Assembly (NCBI GenBank): GCA_964453345.1
Contig: CAYVOC010000034.1
Coordinates: 1-14,189, forward strand
DNA length: 14,189 bases
Origin: an uncultured Aquificales bacterium
GTDB taxonomy: Bacteria; Thermosulfidibacterota; Thermosulfidibacteria; Thermosulfidibacterales; Thermosulfidibacteraceae
Reading direction: 5' to 3'
The notes under the pieces are model-generated. The model saw nothing but the letters and a program-made list of their open reading frames with translations. It was not told the DNA's origin and did not search any database. The position numbers and the translations under genes were made by a program. Position 1 is the first letter of the stretch. Each line of letters starts with the position of its first letter. Positions 8,388 to 14,189 of this stretch are shown piece after piece.

Positions 8388-8393
8388 TATAAT
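8364..8393 (+). promoter_or_regulatory. Putative feo operon promoter
   Basis: Perfect -10 TATAAT at 8388-8393. The -35 is degenerate (TTGTGG or TGGACA, within 8364-8372). RBS GAGGGAG at 8414-8420. Confidence 0.6.
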
Positions 8394-8406
8394 TAGATTG
8401 ATCTAA
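8393..8406. promoter_or_regulatory. Palindromic operator, DtxR/IdeR/MntR-family-like
   Basis: TTAGAT-TG-ATCTAA has perfect 6-bp arms. It starts at the last base of the -10 and spans the predicted +1, upstream of feoA. Confidence 0.6.
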
Positions 8407-8424
8407 CTTTGCAGAGGGAGTGGG

Positions 8425-8649
8425 ATGATGCCGCTTGCCATGTGTTCTCCTGGGGAGAGGGTGGTTATAAAGGGTATAGCTGGCGGCAGGGGAGTGAAGA
8501 ACCGCCTTGAGAGCATGGGGCTTGTCCCCGGCGCCGTTGTTGAGGTGGTCAGGAGCGGTCCCGGTCCGGTGGTGGTGAAGTTCAACGGAACACGGGTTGC
8601 TTTGGGGTTTGGCGAGGCCATGAAGGTTTACGTGGAGATTGCAAAGTGA
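8425..8649 (+). CDS. feoA: Ferrous iron transport protein A
   Basis: 74 aa with RL.SMGLVPG..V.V and R.ALG..EA.K.. motifs, upstream of feoB. Confidence 0.92.
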   Translation: MMPLAMCSPGERVVIKGIAGGRGVKNRLESMGLVPGAVVEVVRSGPGPVVVKFNGTRVALGFGEAMKVYVEIAK

Positions 8650-8870
8650 GGCTGTCGGAGCTTTCCCTGGGAAAAGAGGCGGTTGTTGTGAGAATAGAGG
8701 GGGATCCCCTTCTTAAAAGAAGGTTGAGGGATATGGGATTGATAAAGGGGGAAAAGGTAAAGGTGGAGCATGTTGCCCCTTTAGGGGATCCCATAGATAT
8801 AATCGTTAAGGGGACCCACATATCTCTGAGAAGGAGCGAGGCGGAGAAGATAGAGGTGGAGCCTTTATGA
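8646..8870 (+). CDS. feoA: Ferrous iron transport protein A (second copy)
   Basis: Motifs RRL.DMG...G, APLGDP, ISLR..EA..I.V. GTGA overlap with the first feoA. Confidence 0.94.
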   Translation: MRLSELSLGKEAVVVRIEGDPLLKRRLRDMGLIKGEKVKVEHVAPLGDPIDIIVKGTHISLRRSEAEKIEVEPL

Positions 8871-11014
8871 AGGAAGAGATAGTCATAGCCTTTGTGGGCA
8901 ATCCCAATGTGGGAAAGACCGCCCTTATAAACGCCATTTCCGGCGCCGAGCTTAAGGTTGGCAACTGGCCGGGGGTTACGGTTGAAAGGAAGGAAGCCCT
9001 GTTTGAGCACAAGGGGGTAAGGTTCAGGCTTGTGGATCTTCCGGGGGTATACAGCCTTTCCCCCTACACCCTTGAGGAGAGGATATCCCAGGAGTTTCTG
9101 CTTGACGGTAATCCCGATGTGATTGTTAACGTTGTGGACTCCACCAATCTTGAGAGAAATCTCTATCTGACCACCCAGCTTGCCGATCTGGGCAAGCCCA
9201 TGGTGCTTGTTCTTAACATGTGGGACGAATTTCAAAGCAAGGGATACCAGCTTGATATTCCCTCCTTTGAGCGTTTTTTGGGGATACCCTGCGTGCCGAC
9301 AGCGGCTACAAGGGGCGTGGGGGTTGAGAGGGTTCTCGATGCGGTTGTGGATGTGATCGAAGGAAAGACCACCCCCCACAAGGTCAGGTTCAGCAGGATT
9401 GTTGAAGAAGAGCTGAGGAATATAGAGCGCTTTTTGCTTGAGGCGGGATGTCCCTATCCTTTGCGCTGGAGCGCCGTTAAGCTTCTGGAAAGGGACAGTT
9501 TCTTTGAAGAGAAGCTGAAAAAGCGCATGGTGCATCCTCTGCCCGACTGGATAGAGGAGTCCATAGAGAGGATAGAGCAGCACTACAACGACGACATTGA
9601 GACGGTTCTGGCAGAGCAGCGCTACGGATACATAAACGGCCTGCTTAAGGAGGTTTTGAAAAGGCCCATAGAGAGAAGGCTTGAGCTGACGGATCTGGTT
9701 GACAAGGTGCTGTTGAATAGAATTCTTGGCCTTCCCGTCTTCCTTTTTCTCGTCTATCTCATGTTCAAGATCACCTTTGATGGAAGTGCTCCCTTTATTG
9801 ACTGGATAGACGGTTTTTTTAACGGGTTTCTCGCCAAGTGGATATCCTTTGGCCTTAGGGAGATCGGTGCCCCTTCCTGGCTGAACTCTCTTGTAGTGGA
9901 TGCGATTCTTCAGGGGGTGGGGCTGGTTATCTCCTTCGTTCCCCTGATGTTCTTCTTATACACCTTTATGGCCCTTCTTGAGGAGAGCGGCTACATGGCG
10001 AGGGCGGCCTTCCTCATGGACAGGATCATGCACGCTGTTGGACTGCACGGCAAATCTTTTATCCCCATGGTCATAGGCTTCGGATGCAATGTTCCAGCCA
10101 TCCTTGCAACGAGGACCCTTGAGAACGAGAGGGACAGAAAACTCACGGCTCTCCTTGTCCCTTTCATGTCCTGTGGAGCAAGGCTTCCCATCTATGCGCT
10201 TTTTGCCGGTGTCTTCTTTTCCCGGCACAGGGCCGAGGTGGTCATGGCCATGTATCTCGTGGGGGTTGGGATCTCTTTAATTGTGGGTTTCGTGTTGAAG
10301 AAGACCGTCTTCAGCGGCGATGCGCCCCCCTTCATCATGGAGCTTCCCCCCTACAGGCTGCCCACGCTTAGAATGCTGTGGCATTCAACCTGGTTCAGGA
10401 CAAAGGCCTTTATCAAAAAGGCCGGAACCGTGATAGCGGCGGCCATGGTGATCCTCTGGCTTCTGCTGAATTTGCCCTACGGGGCTTCCCCTGAAAGGTC
10501 TCTTCTCGGCAGGGTTGCTTCAACCCTTTCTGTTCTCTTTGTCCCTGCGGGGTTTGGACATGACTGGAGGCCTGTGGCTGCCCTTATTCCGGGGACGGCT
10601 GCCAAGGAGATAGTGGTGGGTGCATTGGGGCAGCTTTACGCTGTTGAGGAAGGGGAGGATGGGGAGCAGCCCGGCAATTTCTGGGAGGATCTGAAGGATC
10701 AGGTGGCTGCCCTGTGCGTGGCCTTTGTAGAATCCTTCAAAAATGTGTTCGGCACCTTTAAGACCGCCAGCCTGTCGTCCGAAGGGGAGGAGGCCCAGGT
10801 TGCCAGGGCGATAAGAGACAGCTTCACGCCCCTTTCTGCCCTCTCCTACATGGTCTTCTGCCTGCTCTGGATCCCGTGTGTTTCAACCCTTGCGGTTCTC
10901 TACCAGGAATTTGGGTGGAAAACGGTGGGGCTTTCAATTTTTATAACAACAAGCGTGCCCTGGCTGGTTTCAAGTATTATTTATACAGTTGGAAGACTTT
11001 TGGGATACCACTAA
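8867..11014 (+). CDS. feoB: Ferrous iron transport protein B
   Basis: G1 GNPNVGKT, G2 NWPGVT, G3 DLPG, G4 NMWD. Membrane motifs [36 protein letters not shown] overlap with feoA. Confidence 0.97.
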   Translation: MKEEIVIAFVGNPNVGKTALINAISGAELKVGNWPGVTVERKEALFEHKGVRFRLVDLPGVYSLSPYTLEERISQEFLLDGNPDVIVNVVDSTNLERNLYLTTQLADLGKPMVLVLNMWDEFQSKGYQLDIPSFERFLGIPCVPTAATRGVGVERVLDAVVDVIEGKTTPHKVRFSRIVEEELRNIERFLLEAGCPYPLRWSAVKLLERDSFFEEKLKKRMVHPLPDWIEESIERIEQHYNDDIETVLAEQRYGYINGLLKEVLKRPIERRLELTDLVDKVLLNRILGLPVFLFLVYLMFKITFDGSAPFIDWIDGFFNGFLAKWISFGLREIGAPSWLNSLVVDAILQGVGLVISFVPLMFFLYTFMALLEESGYMARAAFLMDRIMHAVGLHGKSFIPMVIGFGCNVPAILATRTLENERDRKLTALLVPFMSCGARLPIYALFAGVFFSRHRAEVVMAMYLVGVGISLIVGFVLKKTVFSGDAPPFIMELPPYRLPTLRMLWHSTWFRTKAFIKKAGTVIAAAMVILWLLLNLPYGASPERSLLGRVASTLSVLFVPAGFGHDWRPVAALIPGTAAKEIVVGALGQLYAVEEGEDGEQPGNFWEDLKDQVAALCVAFVESFKNVFGTFKTASLSSEGEEAQVARAIRDSFTPLSALSYMVFCLLWIPCVSTLAVLYQEFGWKTVGLSIFITTSVPWLVSSIIYTVGRLLGYH

Positions 11015-11027
11015 GGGGAGGTGTGTC

Positions 11028-11648
11028 ATGGTTATACTGGGGGCGGAGGATATAAGGGAGGTGGATGTTGACGCCCTGGCGATGAGGGTCTTCCTCAAGG
11101 CGCTTGAGATACTGGGAGGTCCCAGGAAGTTGATCGAATACAGAAATTTGACCTGGGTTCCCTCTTTGATACAGGCCTCATACGCCGTGGTTATGGCCAA
11201 GGAGCTCATGAAGACGGAGGACCAGATAGCCCAGTATCTTGGCCTCACCCGCCAGACCGTGAGGAATATCTTGAGGGCCGATGAAGAGCTGGTCATGAAG
11301 AAGCTTGAGGGGGAGCTTCAGGAAAAAACCCTCAAGGCCCACACTGCAGGCGGTCTGGCCAAGATGGCCTATAGGGAGATAAAGGAGGGCAGGGATAACC
11401 TTGATCTCTTTTTGAGTGTTCTTACCCCTGCCGGAGAGGCCCTCGATATTATCTGGCCGGCTCAGGTGCTGAAAAGGATAAAGGGTTTGAAGTTCCCCAT
11501 ATCTGAGGAGCAGCTTAAAGAGAGGTTGTCCGGGTTCAAGATTGAGGGTAGAAGCATGGAGGAGATACTTGATAGAATAGAGTATCCCATCAAAAACCCT
11601 GCGGACCTGCTTAAAAAGATCAAGCAGGCCCTTGAGAAAACCGAATAG
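11028..11648 (+). CDS. Putative HTH transcriptional regulator, resembling the archaeal COG1318 / TIGR03879 'near KaiC' regulatory domain, with a small C-terminal domain
   Basis: HTH KTEDQIAQYLGLTRQTVRNIL, plus LGG..KL.EYRNLTW.PSL..A.Y and H.AGGLAK.AY. Start moved from 10989 to ATG 11028, which follows RBS GGGGAGG. Confidence 0.75.
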   Translation: MVILGAEDIREVDVDALAMRVFLKALEILGGPRKLIEYRNLTWVPSLIQASYAVVMAKELMKTEDQIAQYLGLTRQTVRNILRADEELVMKKLEGELQEKTLKAHTAGGLAKMAYREIKEGRDNLDLFLSVLTPAGEALDIIWPAQVLKRIKGLKFPISEEQLKERLSGFKIEGRSMEEILDRIEYPIKNPADLLKKIKQALEKTE

Positions 11649-11659
11649 GGAGGTAGGCC

Positions 11660-13027
11660 TTGAGACGCAGGATCCTTGCACCGGTTGTTTTGTTGACGCT
11701 TCTGTGGAGTTTGCCGGCGCTTGCAGGTTTCTGCAGTTGTCCGGATTTCACCAAGATAGCGGAGGAGGTCAGCCCGGCGGTGGTGAATGTTTTCACCACC
11801 CAGGTGGTGAAGGCCCATCCCTTCCCCCTGCCGCCGGATATATTCGGCGATGATTTCTTCAGGTTCTTTTTCGGTAATGTTCCTCCGAGGGAGTTCAAGA
11901 GAAGAAGTTTGGGATCTGGCTTTATTATCAGCAGGGATGGGTTCATCGTTACCAACTACCACGTGGTCAAGAACGCCACAGAGGTTAGGGTGGTTCTTAA
12001 GGATGGAACGGAATACAAAGCTAAGATATACGGGACGGATCCCAAAACCGACATAGCCCTTCTCAAGATAGATCCCAAGGGCAGGGATCTTCCCACGGTT
12101 AAGCTGGGCGATTCGGACAAACTGAAGGTTGGTGAGTGGGTCCTTGCCATAGGCAATCCCTTCGGTCTCAGCTACACCGTTACTGCTGGAATAGTCTCCG
12201 CCAAGGGGAGGGTCATAGGCGAGGGTCCCTACGACGACTTTATACAGACCGATGCCTCAATCAACCCCGGAAACAGCGGCGGTCCTCTGGTGAACATGGA
12301 TGGCGAGGTGGTGGGGATAAACACGGCCATTATCAAGAATGCCCAGGGGATAGGCTTCGCCATACCTATAAATCTTGCAAAGAATGTTATCGAGCAGCTC
12401 AAGGAGCACGGCAAGGTCATAAGGGGGTGGTTGGGCGTCTACATACAGGATGTGAGGCCCAGCCTTGCCGAGGCCATGAAGCTGCCGGTGAAGCACGGTG
12501 CCATTATCACGAAGGTTATCCCAAAAAGTCCTGCGGATAAGGCGGGGTTGAAACAGGGGGATGTGATAATTGAATACAACGGCAGGGAAGTGAAGGATTC
12601 CCACCAGCTCAGCATACTTGTGTCGAACACAAAGCCCGGCACAAGGGTGAAGATAAAGATCATAAGGGACGGCAAGGAGAAGACCCTCAGGGTCAAGATA
12701 GGCGAGCTTAAGGAGCAGGGGCCCCATGGAGGAGTAACAACCGGTATGCTGGATAAGCTGGGGCTGGAGCTTGGCGATGTGCCGCCGGATGTGGCAAGGC
12801 GCCTTGACGTGAGGGGCGGTGCCTATGTGATTTCCGTCAAGCCCGGCAGCATAGCCATGGAGGCCGGCTTCAGAAAGGGAGACGTTATAGTGAGCATAAA
12901 CCGGCACCGCATAAGGGATGCTGCTGATGCCGTGAGGATAATTTCAAAGGCCAAAAGGGGGCAGTTCCTCACCTTCTTGGTCTATCGTGGCGAGGGCGCC
13001 CTGTATATAACCATAAGGGTGGAGTAA
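11660..13027 (+). CDS. degP: DegP/DegQ (HtrA, Do family) periplasmic serine endoprotease with two PDZ domains
   Basis: Signal peptide; triad TNYHV / TDIAL / [15 protein letters not shown]; two PDZ domains (RGWLGV..SPA.KAGL..GDVI and GS.A..AG...GDVI). TTG start after GGAGG. Confidence 0.93.
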   Translation: MRRRILAPVVLLTLLWSLPALAGFCSCPDFTKIAEEVSPAVVNVFTTQVVKAHPFPLPPDIFGDDFFRFFFGNVPPREFKRRSLGSGFIISRDGFIVTNYHVVKNATEVRVVLKDGTEYKAKIYGTDPKTDIALLKIDPKGRDLPTVKLGDSDKLKVGEWVLAIGNPFGLSYTVTAGIVSAKGRVIGEGPYDDFIQTDASINPGNSGGPLVNMDGEVVGINTAIIKNAQGIGFAIPINLAKNVIEQLKEHGKVIRGWLGVYIQDVRPSLAEAMKLPVKHGAIITKVIPKSPADKAGLKQGDVIIEYNGREVKDSHQLSILVSNTKPGTRVKIKIIRDGKEKTLRVKIGELKEQGPHGGVTTGMLDKLGLELGDVPPDVARRLDVRGGAYVISVKPGSIAMEAGFRKGDVIVSINRHRIRDAADAVRIISKAKRGQFLTFLVYRGEGALYITIRVE

Positions 13028-13033
13028 TTGGAT

Positions 13034-13062
13034 GGGAGGCCTATGTAAGAGGCCTCCCTTTT
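13034..13062 (+). terminator. Rho-independent terminator
   Basis: GGGAGGCCT (13034-13042) / AGGCCTCCC (13050-13058) form a perfect 9-bp stem with a 7-nt loop, followed by TTTTACTT. It begins 6 nt after the degP stop. Confidence 0.85.
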
Positions 13063-13076
13063 ACTTATGATTAAAG

Positions 13077-14123
13077 ATGGAGATGGTTGTTTTCGTGGTT
13101 AAATCCCTTGGTATAAATGGTATGAACAGGGTCGTTTTATCGCAGTTATCTGTTATGCGCAAAGATTTTAGATGCGTGGTTCTCTATTTTAAGGACAAAA
13201 CTCCTGATTGGAAGGATAGGTTTGAGGCCCTTGCGGAAGTATATAAGATTGAGGGGAAGGGATTTAAAAACTTGGTAAAGCTTGTATCTTTTTTCGCGGA
13301 GAACAGGAATAGCATAAGATACGTTTTCTTGCACGATATTCCCTTTGCCCTTCGCATTCTTCCCGCAGTTTGCATTACTGGATTATTGAACAGGTCTTTT
13401 CTGTATTATCACTCACTTGAAACATTGTCCAAAAGTAAGTATTTGCTGTTGGAAAAGATCTTTTCACCTCTTGTTGGAAGATTTTTTGTTTCTATTAATG
13501 CGGCTTCTGTTGTCTTTTTTAGAACAGGCGTGTCGATTCCAGATGGTTGTGTAATAATAAATGGGATTCAACCTTCTCTTTACGATGTTGTTGGATATGA
13601 GAGATCTTCTTTTCTTAGTTTGGTAATGCTTTCTCGCATAAAGCATTCCAAAGGTGTGGAGAGATTTTTGGAGGTTTCAAAATCTCTTGGAAGGATCTTT
13701 TCTCCTGATTCATTTAAGTGCATTCTTGTGGGGATTGCGGAAAACAGAGCTGTTTATGAGAAACTTTCTCAGCAACTTTCAGTGGAAATGTGTCAGGAGA
13801 ATGTATGGAAGATAGTTGCTTCTTCCACAGCTGGTTTTGTTGCGTCTGATAGAGAAGGTATGTGTCTTGTGCCAGTAGAGTTTTCCTTATACCGTAGATC
13901 GTGCTTTTTGCCAAAGGTTTCGTGTTATAGTGGATTTTACTCCTCCGAAGAAGTGTTACACTATGGACTGGACGACAAAAATTTCTGTTATTGCATTGCC
14001 TTGATCCTTTTGAATCCGAGGTTGCTTTTAGTCAAGGCCTTAAATATGAGAAGGTTGTTTTTTGCTTCTTATATTGCGGATAGGATGATTGCTTCCCTTA
14101 AGAAAAGTATAAGGCTTGGATAG
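13077..14123 (+). CDS. Divergent GT-B fold glycosyltransferase (GT4-like)
   Basis: N-terminal L...G..RV, YHS, I.NGI, SR....KG, and an E-X7-E motif (S.REGMCLVPVE). AT-rich. Start is 13077 or 13083. Confidence 0.72.
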   Translation: MEMVVFVVKSLGINGMNRVVLSQLSVMRKDFRCVVLYFKDKTPDWKDRFEALAEVYKIEGKGFKNLVKLVSFFAENRNSIRYVFLHDIPFALRILPAVCITGLLNRSFLYYHSLETLSKSKYLLLEKIFSPLVGRFFVSINAASVVFFRTGVSIPDGCVIINGIQPSLYDVVGYERSSFLSLVMLSRIKHSKGVERFLEVSKSLGRIFSPDSFKCILVGIAENRAVYEKLSQQLSVEMCQENVWKIVASSTAGFVASDREGMCLVPVEFSLYRRSCFLPKVSCYSGFYSSEEVLHYGLDDKNFCYCIALILLNPRLLLVKALNMRRLFFASYIADRMIASLKKSIRLG

Positions 14124-14134
14124 AGGGAAAGTTA

Positions 14135-14189
14135 TTGGTCGTTGAAATAATTGCCACCGATAGCATGGGGGTTAGAAGCATGGCCACCT
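14135..14189 (+). CDS. Partial (5' end) UPF0282/COG2248-like metallo-beta-lactamase-fold hydrolase
   Basis: TTG start after GAGGG gives MVVEIIATDSMGVRSMAT. This matches the recalled N-terminal motif A.(E/D)S(L/M)GVRS(M/L)AT. Absent from the ORF track and cut by the window end. Confidence 0.6.
   Translation, partial: MVVEIIATDSMGVRSMAT

Noticed and set aside
8425..8870. Two tandem feoA genes as a novelty
   Set aside because: Double feoA is a common arrangement of feo operons.
5761..8870. TGA stops as possible selenocysteine or frameshift fusions
   Set aside because: The TGAs at 5764, 6222, 6992, 8649 and 8870 fall in ordinary ATGA/GTGA coupling overlaps, and each protein appears full-length for its family.
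8582..9583. 333-aa minus ORF opposite feoA/feoB
   Set aside because: Antisense shadow with no recognisable motifs.
10989..11027. Upstream TTG start for the regulator
   Set aside because: It overlaps the feoB end; ATG 11028 has a strong, well-spaced RBS.
1..14189. CRISPR arrays, tRNA/rRNA genes, IS elements, integrases
   Set aside because: No regularly spaced repeats, cloverleaf or T-loop motifs, or transposase/recombinase motifs were seen. Intergenic space is minimal.

Overview
Gene-dense bacterial chromosomal window. RlpA, RsmI and DegP indicate a bacterium; frequent AGG/ATA codons suggest a thermophile. Left part, minus strand: a tandem pair of family III (CaiB/BaiF) CoA-transferases, one with His in place of the catalytic Asp. 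They end at a structured noncoding region (1-145). Next are a HAD hydrolase (+) and a PaaI-type thioesterase plus BASS-family transporter (-). Middle, plus strand: translationally coupled rsmI, Mut7-C RNase, folE2, rlpA and an orphan OppF-like ATPase. Right: a promoter with a TTAG-N6-CTAA palindrome upstream of feoA-feoA-feoB, an uncharacterised HTH regulator and a degP-like protease, closed by an intrinsic terminator. Then come a single low-GC GT4 glycosyltransferase and the start of a UPF0282-like metallo-beta-lactamase-fold gene. No CRISPR array, rRNA, tRNA or transposase was seen. Best leads: the extended feo operon with a DtxR-type operator and an archaeal-type regulator, the active/inactive CoA-transferase pair, several Thermococcales-like genes, and the structured RNA at the left edge. 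All family assignments come from motif recognition, not database searches.
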